64,000 nt of DNA from an uncultured delta proteobacterium. GTDB taxonomy: Bacteria > Desulfobacterota > Desulfobacteria > Desulfobacterales > B30-G6. A program made the position numbers and the translations under genes. The stretch is taken from the NCBI GenBank assembly GCA_963823335.1, contig CAWGLD010000001.1, forward strand, positions 1,152,001 through 1,216,000. Direction: 5' to 3'. Below, in pieces: positions 1-10,591 of this stretch. The notes beneath the pieces were generated by a model, which worked only from the letters and a program-made list of their open reading frames with translations, had not been told where the DNA came from and ran no database searches. Each line of letters begins with the position of its first letter. Within the stretch, counting starts at the first letter, position 1.

Positions 1-3000
1 TGATGCTAAAAATTCCAGAGCCCGTCATTAATCCATCCTTGTCATATGAGTAGCCTGTTGTTTCTCCGGCATAGGTAAAGGCTTTTAGATTGAAATCATC
101 GTTATAGGTGTAAACAAGGGCCTGGTTCAGCGTGCCGCTCAAGATTTCCGATGTTAAGAGCCTGCCGTCATATTCAAAGCTGATGCTGTCGGTTCCACTG
201 GTCATGGATTCCAGCTTGTCTCCGCAAAGATAGGTGTAATTGATATTTCCTTCGGGCGCTTGAACCTGCATGAGTCTGGTTTTATCATAGATATTGATAA
301 TCTGGTTTCCTGAAGGAAAATTGATTTGGGTCAACTGTCTGTCTCTGTCAAATTCGAAGCTGTAGCTGCCGCTTATGGGTGTCTGGTAAGTGTTATTCAG
401 ATTGACTTTGTTGTATCCGAATCCATGCTCTATGGTGTTTGGATTTGTAAGCACTGTCATATTGCCGTTGCTGTCGTATGAAAACCAGACCGATGAACTG
501 TCCGGCCTGTCGATACGCATGACACGCCCGATTTCATCGTAAGCATAGACTGTGGTATGGTTTTCCGCATCTGTAATCGATTCAAGAAAGCCCTCAGCAG
601 AATAACCATAAGTGGCTTCCCTGATTCCTGTCATGGTTGAGATCATCCGTCCCCTGTCATCATAGCCATACGTTATTTCGTAGAGACCGGGGATTGATAT
701 GCTGTCTGTCTGCAACGTATCAGGGTTATAAAGCATCGTGGTTGTTCTTCCTTCCGGGGATGTAACTGTTTTTTGAGATTCCAAACTGTCTTCGACGATC
801 GTTGTTTTTCCGTTTATAGTGATCATCTCTGAAATTGAATCAACACCCCCGGTGCTATAATCCGGCACATATATTTTATCTCTGGCAATGGTTCTTTCCA
901 GGCCGGATGGGGTTGTCTCTGTTGTTTTCTTGACGAACGTATACCGGTAATCGGGATCGATATCATTCTGGAAAGAAAGTGCCATGCCACATGACAGCGA
1001 TTTGGCCACACGCAGGCCGTCGTCCGAACGACTGTACACGGTTTCCTCGCCGGAAGGCCCGGTAATGGTGGACGTAAAAGCACCGGTTGATTCAATAACA
1101 TCTCGATATGATGTGTTATTGCCTTCAGCAGAGGTGACCTGGACAAGACTGTCGCCGTTGGCGTCTCGATCCTTGCTGTAAGTCCAGGCACCCTCTTCTT
1201 CGTCGGTTACCAGGATGAGTCGCCCGTTTATGTCGAACTGATGCTCAAACCGGTTTCCCTCGGGCTCGAATTTATTTGTCATCAACCCTTCAAGGTCGTA
1301 TTCAAAATCATAATTGGTTCCGTCCGTATAGGTGATTCGATTCAGGTGATTGTTTTCGTCTATGCTTAAGATTGTTGTAAGGCCATCCTGAGAAGTAATG
1401 GATGTGGGAACACCATTTTCGTCTCTTGAAATAGATATTTCATTGCCAAACCGGTCAACCATGGCAATCAGAAGGCTGCTTTCATCATATTCAAAAGAAC
1501 GGTGAGAAATGCCTGTATGCAAGTCAAAGGTCTTTGTGTGCAAACCTGACGCTGAGATGACATGGCCCAGAAGGTTTTCTTCAGAAAAAACATTTTCACC
1601 GGCCATAATTGTATCTGTGAATGAAGAAGGAAAGGAGACTTTTTTAACCAGATGACTGGTATTGTCGGCAATGAAAATATTTCCATCATCGTCGACCGCG
1701 ATACCCAGTGGATGTCTGAATTTAGCCAGGGTTGCAGGGCCCGTTTTCACATCATAAGCATATACCCCTGAACCGGCAATGGTCGTGATGATTCCACTGG
1801 TATTGACCATCCGGATACGTGAATTGCTATCATCTGCTATATATATATTTCCCACATTGTCCACAGCTACATCTCGGGGATAAAAAAGCTGAGCTTCGAC
1901 AGCCGGACCACCGTCACCACTGAATCCCCGACTGCTTGTTCCGGCAAAGGTGGTGATAATGCCGCCAGTGTCAATTCGCCTGATAACATGGGGTCCATAT
2001 GCACTGACATCGGTAATGTATATATTGCCGGCTTGATCAACGGCAACACCTTCAGGCTGGTAAATCTGTGCATTGACGGCCATTCCACCGTCACCGCTAT
2101 GACCTGCTCCATTGCCACCGACAATTGTTGTAATAATACCATTTGTATCGATTTTTCGGACACAATTATTGTAGCTATCTGCAATGTAAAGGTTCCCGAC
2201 ATCATCAACAGCTACGCCTTTTGGGGAATAAAGCCGTGCCTGTGTTGCCGGTCCGTTATCGCCACCGTAGCCGGATGACCCGGGTATACCTGCAATGGTA
2301 TTGATGATACCATTGGCATCGATTTTTCGAATACAGGAATTCCCAATATCTGAAAAATAGATATTCCCGTTACTATCGACCGCAATTCCCCCACAGCCTT
2401 CAATTCTTGCTTCGACTGCCGGACCTCCATCACCGCTAAAACCCCATCCCTGATACAGTCCAGTAAGGTTATTGAGGATACCGTTTGTATCTATTTTATA
2501 AATCACACCGTAGAAATCTAGTGCTACATAAACATTCCCTTCAGTGTCCACCGCCACCTTATTTGGAAAGCCTAATGGATAAAGGTTACCGGTGCCGGCA
2601 AATCTTTCAATCATACGAACATTGCTGGACACTGTCGTACCATCTCCTTTATGTAACGTGGAAAGATCCTGCGAATTCATATGATGGTGATTTGAAATGG
2701 TCCATCCCTCGGCGAAATCTTTTGTGCCCTTACTTCGGGACGGGTGAATCATGAGGCTGTTGTTTTTGGTTAATATAATTTCCTGGCGAGCGGGGATTTC
2801 TGTGGTTTCGACCCCTGGCTGGCTGAATGCCTGGTCAAAATCACCCGCAGCATAGTATATTGAGTCATAGACAAACCCAACAGTCACATGTGCTGGAATT
2901 GGTGTTTGAAGGAGCCTTCCCAGATAGTCCAAACCATCCCAAAAGAACTCCGCTACTTGATCAGGATCCGGCGGCAGTTCCTGTTTCTGAACCGTACCGG

Positions 3001-5107
3001 CGATGTTAACAGCGACTTCGATTCTTTTCAGGCTATCCGGGACCGTTTCACCGCTTGCAGGAACCGTAATTATGGTGTTATAGCCTTCAGCCCTGTTGCT
3101 GGTGTAATGCAGGGTAATATCTGTTCCAGGGATGGGTATGTCCTCGTGGACAATACGCCCGCGCTCATCTACGAGGGAAGCCGTATAGTTACCATAGCAA
3201 TTTTCATTACCGGCCGGATTCTGATCGGATTCCGGACCGAAAGTTGAATTCGGTCCTATTGCCGTTGGGGGCGTTCCGGATGGAAGGTTCCAATCGCCAG
3301 GTGTAAAATGTGTTGTTTCTACACGCCAATACGTTGTTTCCGGTATATATTGATGCGAATCCTCAAGCCCTGTGACCTCATCTATGAATGACCCATTGTC
3401 ATTGAGATCATCCGGCTGATCATCACCATCCGCATCCAAAGCATCTACAATGGTATCTGCATTGGTATCCAGGAGCCTGACAACAACCCCATTATCTGAT
3501 GGTTCCCATAAGCCCCGAGCCCTGTTATAAAACCCAGCCGGAATAACCTCGCCGACATCAAATCCTAAGAAGTTATCCACCCAAATAATAATGGGATCTG
3601 AAAAACTCACGTTTTTCACACCATCCACGGAAAGTTCTACACAATATGTATAGGCGGAGTTAGGCGGCAGTTCTGCAGGCATTGATTCAGGCGTGGTATA
3701 CTCGGTGGAGCGCGTAGTGATGGTGGTAAGTTCTCCTAATATATTTCCATTCGGGTCAACTTCATAGGCTTTGTTGCTGCCTGTGAATACCGTAGAGCAG
3801 GATCTGCTTCCAAAAGCATCGGTCACCTGGGTGCTTTTATGCGTAATGACCGTGGACGGGTTATCATCAAACGTAAACGTTGTAGAAGCCGGGTCAGGTT
3901 CGATCAGTGCAATGGTTTCACTAACAACAATATCGTTATGACCTGTACGCACCTTTCTTTGACTCGAAAGATAGTCCTCTTTTTGATAGACAATTGTCAG
4001 TGTATCTCCGCCTTCGGCAGGAATGGAAAAACGCCCGGATTGATCTGTTGCAGCCGTGCCATACTCGGGATGATCGAGAATCTTCGTTGTTACGCCTGCT
4101 AAGGGGGTACCGGCAATGTCGGTTACAATCCCGGTTAGAACGATCATTCTTTCTACACTATACGATGGCAAGCTGGCATCTTCCGGGATAAGGTCCTCAT
4201 ACTGTTTTCCGAATGAACCCTCGGGTTGGGGTTCGGGGAGATGCCCACGTACTTTGACGACTGTCGTAAGAAAGAGCGACCCATCAGCATTTGTTGCCGA
4301 CAGAGAATAAGTGGTGGTGTATGCCGGTGTGACAACACGGCTTCCGCTGGGCAATTCTTCACTTACAACTGCACCGTCTTTAATGAAGACAGTATCATAT
4401 CCGTCTGCGGACCAACTCAGGGTTGTAGAATCACCATAGTCCAATTCAGTATCGGATACCACCAGGCCGACCAGGGGTGTTATAACCACTGTAATGGCTT
4501 TTTGTTCAGAAACAATCCCGCCGGGGCCTGTGGCGGTAAGAGTATAGGTGGTCGTTTCGGTGGGTGAAACCGTCATCGAGCCACTATCGACCACCATTCC
4601 GACACCTTGGTCTATTTCGACGGTATCCGCATTCGTTGTTTCCCATGCAAGTACAGACGATTCTCCCTGAAGAATTGAATCGGGATATATGGTAAAATCA
4701 ATCACAGGTGGTGGAATCGGACCGTCTGCATTTTCAATCTTGACATTAATTGAGGCTCCGGGGGTACCCCCAAGAAATGCGGTTAAGTGATTAGAAGCAT
4801 TTAAGGTAATTTCTCTGGACAAATCAATTTCATTTCCAGAAAAGAACTGAATCAGGGGAATGAAGGTGCCATTAAGAAATAGAAAACCAGCGCTGATTAC
4901 CTGACCAGGTGTATTTTTTGTAATGGTTAAAACGCCATCGCCTGGCGTTTGGATTGAAAACGAATACCGGGAGAGATGTAAGTGAAAACTACCTACCTCC
5001 AAATCCTTTGGTCCAAACACGGTCGGTTCATTCGCGTAGGTTATGGATGAAATGATAGAAAACAACATGAAGATGATAATCGGAAAAACAATGGATTTAT
5101 TGTTCAT
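1..5107 (-). CDS. Large secreted teneurin-like NHL/YD (RHS)-repeat protein, 3'-truncated by window edge (>1702 aa)
   Basis: ATG at 5107 with GAGGAGG upstream; N-terminus MNNKSIVFPIIIFMLFSIISSITYA is signal-peptide-like. The segments I translated by hand share one frame, and the ORF track lists no stop-bounded ORF in that frame. NHL repeats (GFSGDGGPA...GVAVDDVGNLYIADSYNNCVRKID) at ~1670-2760; YD repeats (YGYDDRGRM, YAYDEIGRV, YSYDKDGL) at ~1-1600. Confidence 0.9.
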   Translation of the reverse strand, partial: MNNKSIVFPIIIFMLFSIISSITYANEPTVFGPKDLEVGSFHLHLSRYSFSIQTPGDGVLTITKNTPGQVISAGFLFLNGTFIPLIQFFSGNEIDLSREITLNASNHLTAFLGGTPGASINVKIENADGPIPPPVIDFTIYPDSILQGESSVLAWETTNADTVEIDQGVGMVVDSGSMTVSPTETTTYTLTATGPGGIVSEQKAITVVITPLVGLVVSDTELDYGDSTTLSWSADGYDTVFIKDGAVVSEELPSGSRVVTPAYTTTYSLSATNADGSLFLTTVVKVRGHLPEPQPEGSFGKQYEDLIPEDASLPSYSVERMIVLTGIVTDIAGTPLAGVTTKILDHPEYGTAATDQSGRFSIPAEGGDTLTIVYQKEDYLSSQRKVRTGHNDIVVSETIALIEPDPASTTFTFDDNPSTVITHKSTQVTDAFGSRSCSTVFTGSNKAYEVDPNGNILGELTTITTRSTEYTTPESMPAELPPNSAYTYCVELSVDGVKNVSFSDPIIIWVDNFLGFDVGEVIPAGFYNRARGLWEPSDNGVVVRLLDTNADTIVDALDADGDDQPDDLNDNGSFIDEVTGLEDSHQYIPETTYWRVETTHFTPGDWNLPSGTPPTAIGPNSTFGPESDQNPAGNENCYGNYTASLVDERGRIVHEDIPIPGTDITLHYTSNRAEGYNTIITVPASGETVPDSLKRIEVAVNIAGTVQKQELPPDPDQVAEFFWDGLDYLGRLLQTPIPAHVTVGFVYDSIYYAAGDFDQAFSQPGVETTEIPARQEIILTKNNSLMIHPSRSKGTKDFAEGWTISNHHHMNSQDLSTLHKGDGTTVSSNVRMIERFAGTGNLYPLGFPNKVAVDTEGNVYVALDFYGVIYKIDTNGILNNLTGLYQGWGFSGDGGPAVEARIEGCGGIAVDSNGNIYFSDIGNSCIRKIDANGIINTIAGIPGSSGYGGDNGPATQARLYSPKGVAVDDVGNLYIADSYNNCVRKIDTNGIITTIVGGNGAGHSGDGGMAVNAQIYQPEGVAVDQAGNIYITDVSAYGPHVIRRIDTGGIITTFAGTSSRGFSGDGGPAVEAQLFYPRDVAVDNVGNIYIADDSNSRIRMVNTSGIITTIAGSGVYAYDVKTGPATLAKFRHPLGIAVDDDGNIFIADNTSHLVKKVSFPSSFTDTIMAGENVFSEENLLGHVISASGLHTKTFDLHTGISHRSFEYDESSLLIAMVDRFGNEISISRDENGVPTSITSQDGLTTILSIDENNHLNRITYTDGTNYDFEYDLEGLMTNKFEPEGNRFEHQFDINGRLILVTDEEEGAWTYSKDRDANGDSLVQVTSAEGNNTSYRDVIESTGAFTSTITGPSGEETVYSRSDDGLRVAKSLSCGMALSFQNDIDPDYRYTFVKKTTETTPSGLERTIARDKIYVPDYSTGGVDSISEMITINGKTTIVEDSLESQKTVTSPEGRTTTMLYNPDTLQTDSISIPGLYEITYGYDDRGRMISTMTGIREATYGYSAEGFLESITDAENHTTVYAYDEIGRVMRIDRPDSSSVWFSYDSNGNMTVLTNPNTIEHGFGYNKVNLNNTYQTPISGSYSFEFDRDRQLTQINFPSGNQIINIYDKTRLMQVQAPEGNINYTYLCGDKLESMTSGTDSISFEYDGRLLTSEILSGTLNQALVYTYNDDFNLKAFTYAGETTGYSYDKDGLMTGSGIFSI

Positions 5108-5299
5108 GACAGCCCTCCTCAACACTTCATTGAGTGTCTCACCCTAAAGGCGATACGGTTTTATTTTTAGTAAAATCGTTTTATGCTTCTATAGGGTGTA
5201 TGATGCCAAAGGACTATCTAAAATCAATCCTGGTAAAATGCCCTGTTAATGCGGTATAAAATTACGTAGAAGCTGTTGATGTGATTTTGAGGAGCCTGA

Positions 5300-5351
5300 T
5301 TGAACCGCAACAACGAGCGCTAACCCCGTGACTTGCTGCGAGGTTCTTCAA
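5300..5351. repeat. Dispersed TTGAA...TTCAA REP/MITE-like repeat, copy 1
   Basis: ttgaaccgcaacaacgagcgctaaccccgtg...gctgcgaggttcttcaa; similar copies at 31229, 37068, 38715 and 53018. Confidence 0.8.
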
Positions 5352-5395
5352 TTTTACTTCTGTTTGCTAAACTTGATGTGAATTTAGGGTCACCG

Positions 5396-6220
5396 CTAAT
5401 CTGTTTTCTGTCGCAGGACAGCATGCAGGGTAACCGACGAAAGGACAACCATCCCTCCCAGCAGTGCCAAGGGTCCCGGGGTTTCTCCAACCGCCAAAAA
5501 CACCCAGATTGGATTAAAAACAGGTTCGATGGTCTGGGTGATGATGACCTCGATGGCTTTCAGGCGCTTGATAACAATCGTGTATAGAACAAAGGACAGA
5601 CCAGCCCCGATAGTCCCCATCGGTATGATCCAGAACCATCCCGATTCCGGTGGCCCGGAAGCGATGATAAAGGGCAGGCCCAAAAGCGTGCAGATGACAT
5701 GGCCCAGAATTGGAATCTTGAGCGGTGAGTCATCTTTCTGCCTGCGCGAAAAAAGAACAAAAACAGCCCAGCATATGGCGCTGACAATGGCGCATATATT
5801 TCCCCAGAAACCGTCAACGGTGAGGGTGTCGCCAAAAAAGAGCAGCATTCCAGAAAGAATAACGCCGGTGATGACCCAGTCCAGGGTTCTGACGTGTTCT
5901 CCGAGAATCCATCCGGACAGCAGGGCTACATATACGGGGGCTGTCAGTTGCAGAAAGATTGCATTGGCTGCTGTTGTCAGCTTGGTGGCGATGACAAAGG
6001 TGATCAGTGCCCCTGCAAACCCAAAAGCGCCTATCAGGGTGTCGAATGATACCAATTGACGTGGCTTTCCCAGGAAAGGCAGCAATACTGCGGCAGCAAA
6101 AAGGCTGCGCAACCCGGAAATTGACATGGGTGACCATGAAACGAGTTTGATCAACAGTCCATTGGTGCTCCATAGCAACGTGACCAGGACCATGAGAAGA
6201 ATAGCATTTCGTTTTGACAT
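5396..6220 (-). CDS. EamA/DMT family transporter
   Basis: ~274 aa with ~10 hydrophobic segments; LWSTNG...IEPVFNPIWVFLAVGE pattern. Confidence 0.9.
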   Translation of the reverse strand: MSKRNAILLMVLVTLLWSTNGLLIKLVSWSPMSISGLRSLFAAAVLLPFLGKPRQLVSFDTLIGAFGFAGALITFVIATKLTTAANAIFLQLTAPVYVALLSGWILGEHVRTLDWVITGVILSGMLLFFGDTLTVDGFWGNICAIVSAICWAVFVLFSRRQKDDSPLKIPILGHVICTLLGLPFIIASGPPESGWFWIIPMGTIGAGLSFVLYTIVIKRLKAIEVIITQTIEPVFNPIWVFLAVGETPGPLALLGGMVVLSSVTLHAVLRQKTD

Positions 6221-6290
6221 CAATGTGTTTCCGGTATTTCAGGACCGGGATGCGACCGATCCGTGATTCTGGCCATTTATAAAAATTCGA

Positions 6291-6794
6291 TTATTGGTTC
6301 TCGCATATTCTGGCGAGGTCATTCCATTCGATTTTCCGACTCGGCACCTCATATCCGAAGATATCTTTCATCGCTTGTTCTTTCTGTGTGCCTCCCAGTT
6401 TCTCGTAAAACCGTATGGCTTTTTCATTGCTTTCAAATACCCAGAGATAAGCAGTTTTGTGCTCTCTTTTGATGAGTTCTTTCGCGACCGCCTTCATTAA
6501 GGCGGAACCAATTTTTTTAGACCTGTGAGAGGGTTTCACATGCAAATTGTCTATGAATGGAATTGGTCTACACCAAACCGCCGCAAACCCGACCAGCAAA
6601 TCTTCCTCCGCAACCAAGACAATGTCTTGCTCTTGTATTTCGATGTCGCTCCAATGCCGTGATATCTCCTGGTCGATTTGCCCGGTCATGAATTCTGCAG
6701 GCAGGACATCCGAGTAAACGTCTTTCCAACTCTCGACATTAATAGCTGCAATGTCCTGAAGATCAGATTGTGTTGCTCGTCGTATTTTCATCAT
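6291..6794 (-). CDS. GNAT family N-acetyltransferase
   Basis: KIRRAT..DL start, LHVKPSHRSKKIGSALM acetyl-CoA motif, NEKAIRFYEKLG. Confidence 0.9.
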   Translation of the reverse strand: MMKIRRATQSDLQDIAAINVESWKDVYSDVLPAEFMTGQIDQEISRHWSDIEIQEQDIVLVAEEDLLVGFAAVWCRPIPFIDNLHVKPSHRSKKIGSALMKAVAKELIKREHKTAYLWVFESNEKAIRFYEKLGGTQKEQAMKDIFGYEVPSRKIEWNDLARICENQ

Positions 6795-7683
6795 ATTCGA
6801 TTTTAAACGTGTAACGTGGGTCATCGTGTGCCTTCCAATATCCTTCCTGCAATTTTATTGTAACCGGGCCGGGTGTTCCAGGGCCGAGCTTGTGCCCGTC
6901 GATTTTCGTAATCGGTATTACACCTCCAGCGGTACTGGTGACAAACAGTTCATCGGCCATACGGGTCTGGTCAGCAGAAAGATGGTGCTGCATGACCTCG
7001 TAGCCATACCCGGTTGCAAGCTCAATCACAGTTTTGCGTGTGATGCCTTCAAGTATGCCATGCGCCGGGGTCGTGATCGTGTTGCTTTTTACAGCGAATA
7101 TATTAAAGCCGGGACCCTCCACAAGGTTTCCTTGTGCATCAACGACAACGGCAGTTTCGGCGCCTCGATCATAGGCTTCGAAGAGGCTCATAACCATGTC
7201 GAGCCAGTGATAGTTCTTCACGGTAGGGTCAACCGATTCAGGAGCTATTCGCTGCAAGCGGCTGATGCTCAGGTGCAATCCTTCTTTCTGTTTCTCTGGA
7301 TTTGCGATCCATACGAACGGAATTGCAAAGGCAAAAAACCGATTTGTACACTCCCGTGGATCGCGGGATCCTGACCTTGGTATCCCTCGTGTACAGATCA
7401 TTTCGACATAGGCATTGCGCAGCCCACTCGCTTTTACGCACTCAATCAGAATGGAGCGCAAATCGTCACGGTTGTGAGGAATAGACATATGCAGTTTGTC
7501 AATTCCCGAAAAGAAGCGATCCATGTGATCATCGAGTCGGAAAAACCTTCCCTTCCATACATGTACGACATCGTAAGTTGCATCCGAATGGAGGAAACCC
7601 CAGTCAAGGATCGATATTTTCGCCTCTGCAATGGGCACAAATTCTTCATCGACATAGGCAGCACCATTTGAAAAATCAAGCAT
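6763..7683 (-). CDS. Class IV PLP aminotransferase, (R)-amine transaminase-like
   Basis: DWGFLHSDATYDV, AYVEM, DPTVKNYHWLD, EGPGFN, LEGITR, TSTAGG motifs; AAGGAG RBS before ATG 7683. Confidence 0.88.
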   Translation of the reverse strand: MLDFSNGAAYVDEEFVPIAEAKISILDWGFLHSDATYDVVHVWKGRFFRLDDHMDRFFSGIDKLHMSIPHNRDDLRSILIECVKASGLRNAYVEMICTRGIPRSGSRDPRECTNRFFAFAIPFVWIANPEKQKEGLHLSISRLQRIAPESVDPTVKNYHWLDMVMSLFEAYDRGAETAVVVDAQGNLVEGPGFNIFAVKSNTITTPAHGILEGITRKTVIELATGYGYEVMQHHLSADQTRMADELFVTSTAGGVIPITKIDGHKLGPGTPGPVTIKLQEGYWKAHDDPRYTFKIEYDENTTSNTI

Positions 7684-7700
7684 ATGTGTTCTCCTTTGTT

Positions 7701-8993
7701 TCATTCATGCAATTGCCGGCAAAATGTCTCCTTGGCAAAGGTAATAAGAACTGTTCCGAGAATAGATAGGCCAATGATGACACCAAAGGCCAGGTGATAT
7801 GCATTGAGATCATAGATGCGGATGCCATTTTCCAATAATCCACCCCATTTGAGATCGAGGACCAGGCCTATGGCTGGCTGCAAAACCATGGGCCCCATTT
7901 CCATACCCATATTGCTGATGCCTGAAACGGTTCCCACCAAAGCCAAGGGCACGGATTCCTTTACAAACGCCATACCGACAACAATGGCGCCTGTGGCAAA
8001 CCCCACCATGCTGAATAATACAACAAGAAGCCACAAAGGTATGTCCTGCAGGAAAAGGATGGGTATCCAGCCAATCAAGGAAAGACAGAGAGCATAAAAA
8101 TAGATGGGTTTTCTGCGTCCTGTTTTTTCAGATAGAGCGCCCAGAATCGGTGCGCCAAGCGCACAGGCGATTAAAAGTGCGGATATCAGGGTAGCGCTTT
8201 TTACCGGGCTCAAGTCATAATGCGTCGTGAGGTAGGGTACTCCCCACAAACCAGCGAATGCCAAAGCGGGGCCGATCAAGCTGGCTGGCACGATGGTGAG
8301 AATCCATGTGTTTTTATATCGAAATATATCTGACAGATCTCTTAGAATAGACGCTTGGGGTCTATGAATAGATGGTGCAAGGTCTGTGGCATAGCTGTCA
8401 TATCCCTTCTGAACAGGGTCGTCCCGCACGAAAATCCAGATAGCCAGGCAGATGACAAGCGTTATGATACCGGCACCAAAAATGACCGAACGCCACCCGA
8501 ACAGGTTCATTAAGAGTTTCAGGGGAACGCCGGCAGATAAAGCGCCCAAGATACCCAGGCCTAGTGCCAAGCCGGTCACAAGTGCAAATTGGTTTGGCTT
8601 AAACCACCGGGTCGATAATTTTAAGATGGAAACCCAGGCGACCCCCATGGAGGCCCCAATAACAAGTCTGCCCACATTGGCCGTGTGAATCGAGGATGCA
8701 GAGGCAAATATAAAAGCCCCAACACTGGATAAGAGAGCGCCTGCCGTGAGCAATTTCCGGGGTCCCCAGTAATCGGCAAGAATTCCTGTGGGGATTTGAA
8801 CCGCCACGTAGCTGTAGTAATAAAAAGAGGAAAAGTTACCCAGGGACGCCGCTCCTATATTAAAATCCGCCATAAGCTGGTCGGCCATAACGGCCGTGAC
8901 CATTCTATGGAAAAAACCCGAAAAATAGAAAGCGATCCCCAAGCACAGGGTCATCCAGGATTGATACGCAGGGGGATAGTTGTGTCGATGCAT
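7701..8993 (-). CDS. MFS transporter
   Basis: GILADYWGPRK and GALSEKTGRRK MFS loop motifs; ~12 TM segments. Confidence 0.92.
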   Translation of the reverse strand: MHRHNYPPAYQSWMTLCLGIAFYFSGFFHRMVTAVMADQLMADFNIGAASLGNFSSFYYYSYVAVQIPTGILADYWGPRKLLTAGALLSSVGAFIFASASSIHTANVGRLVIGASMGVAWVSILKLSTRWFKPNQFALVTGLALGLGILGALSAGVPLKLLMNLFGWRSVIFGAGIITLVICLAIWIFVRDDPVQKGYDSYATDLAPSIHRPQASILRDLSDIFRYKNTWILTIVPASLIGPALAFAGLWGVPYLTTHYDLSPVKSATLISALLIACALGAPILGALSEKTGRRKPIYFYALCLSLIGWIPILFLQDIPLWLLVVLFSMVGFATGAIVVGMAFVKESVPLALVGTVSGISNMGMEMGPMVLQPAIGLVLDLKWGGLLENGIRIYDLNAYHLAFGVIIGLSILGTVLITFAKETFCRQLHE

Positions 8994-9008
8994 AAAATCA
9001 TTTTTCTG

Positions 9009-9380
9009 TTAATGTATAATTGAAAAGCACTGAATGAATCCGATCTGTTTGCCATCCATATCAAAAGGCGTAACGGTTACACCCAGTTTGTTCTCGCCTC
9101 TTTGGGCCTCGTAATAAAACTCCTTTCTTTTACCCGCATTCAGATCGGATAAGATTCTCTTTATTTTCTCGATACTCTCTGGTTTTTTATGGCAGAATGC
9201 TATGTTTTTGCCGACATATTCCGGTTTTCTGTCAACAAATTTAGCGCAATATTCATTATAGTAAAGAATACGACCCTCATTGTCTATTACGGTTATCCCG
9301 GCAGGGATTTTATCCAACACCATGGCCAGTTGATTTGTGTTAAGGGTAACATTCTTTTCGTCGGGCATCATTTTCTCCAT
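9009..9380 (-). CDS. Stand-alone PAS domain protein
   Basis: LDKIPAGITVIDNEGRILYYN...YVGKNI..CH PAS pattern. Confidence 0.8.
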   Translation of the reverse strand: MEKMMPDEKNVTLNTNQLAMVLDKIPAGITVIDNEGRILYYNEYCAKFVDRKPEYVGKNIAFCHKKPESIEKIKRILSDLNAGKRKEFYYEAQRGENKLGVTVTPFDMDGKQIGFIQCFSIIH

Positions 9381-9673
9381 TTATTTTCTTTGAAATATTG
9401 AGATAAGACCTGACAGACGATGACTTCTCTATTATAATAAATTGATTCTGAGCGGTTAGCCTGCCCCCAACCTTTAAACTTGTCAATAAGAAATGAACCC
9501 GGTTGCCGCAATAACCCAAACCTGTTGTGGCGGCGGTTCATGTCATGGGAAATCCGCCGGAGGCATACTTGTGGACACCCAAAAAAGAGCATCGCAATAT
9601 TTGCATCCTGGTTCAACGTGTGTTAGGGGTAGCGAATTTGATTTCGTAGTACTTCTTCATTGAAAGGCTTACG

Positions 9674-10561
9674 ATGAACACCGATCCTTACCTAATCCTG
9701 CTGCCGTTGATTGTACTCGCCCTGGGTGGTTATATCTGTTCGTGGTTGTTCTCCCTGTCGGAAGATACCCTCGTAAGGGCTGTTACCGATTTTTTTATGC
9801 CCATGCTTGTCTTCTACTCCCTTTATACATCCACCATCAAACTCGATGATACCATGAAAATAGGCGGGGCAGTGGGTTTTGTGCTCTTGTTTCTGTTGAT
9901 TGCGTCGCTGGTTTACTGTCGTGTTTTCAACCTCGATAAACGTGCCTTTCTGCCACCGATTATTTTTATGAACTCCGGCTTTCTCGGAATTCCTTTGATG
10001 GAGTTGTGGGGTGGTGCCGGGGCAGTGAACCAGATCGTCATTTATGATCAGATCCAGACGTTTTTCATTTTTACACTCGGTATCTTCCTGGTGGCAGGGG
10101 GATTCACATTGTCGGGTCTTGTGGAGATGTTTAAAACACCCCTGCTGTGGTCCATCATTTTGGGTTTCTGGTGTCGCTATGCAAACATTGAAATACCACA
10201 ACCCCTGCTGGATGCATGTAAGTACAGTGGTGCCGGAGCTCCGGCGTTGGCGACTTTTGCCCTGGGGTGTTCATTGAGAAAGCGTCGTCCGCGTGCGGAT
10301 CCCCACCTGGTATCGGGGCTGTTGATGCGTTTTGGTTTGGGTTTTATCGCCGGCATGCTGGCGGTGAACATATTCGGCATTACCGGTTCGGCCAGAATCG
10401 TTGTGGTTTCGGCCTCCACCCTGCCATCGGCGGTTTTTTCGGTTGTTCTGCCGCTTCGCTATGGGGTGGATACCCGTTTTGCCGGTGCAATGGTCCTGTT
10501 GTCCACTTTATTGAGTATTTTCACGATTCCGGTCGTGTTCTATTTGTGCAGCAAACTTTAA
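9674..10561 (+). CDS. AEC (auxin efflux carrier) family transporter
   Basis: FMNSGFLGIPL motif, hydrophobic profile, C-terminal STLLSIFTIP. Confidence 0.88.
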   Translation: MNTDPYLILLPLIVLALGGYICSWLFSLSEDTLVRAVTDFFMPMLVFYSLYTSTIKLDDTMKIGGAVGFVLLFLLIASLVYCRVFNLDKRAFLPPIIFMNSGFLGIPLMELWGGAGAVNQIVIYDQIQTFFIFTLGIFLVAGGFTLSGLVEMFKTPLLWSIILGFWCRYANIEIPQPLLDACKYSGAGAPALATFALGCSLRKRRPRADPHLVSGLLMRFGLGFIAGMLAVNIFGITGSARIVVVSASTLPSAVFSVVLPLRYGVDTRFAGAMVLLSTLLSIFTIPVVFYLCSKL

Positions 10562-10591
10562 ATAGAAGTTATGGTGAAAATTGGAGGAGTT

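Noticed and set aside
823-4567. Many short ORFs in the first 4.6 kb
   Set aside because: Shadow ORFs overlapping the single large minus-strand NHL/YD gene.
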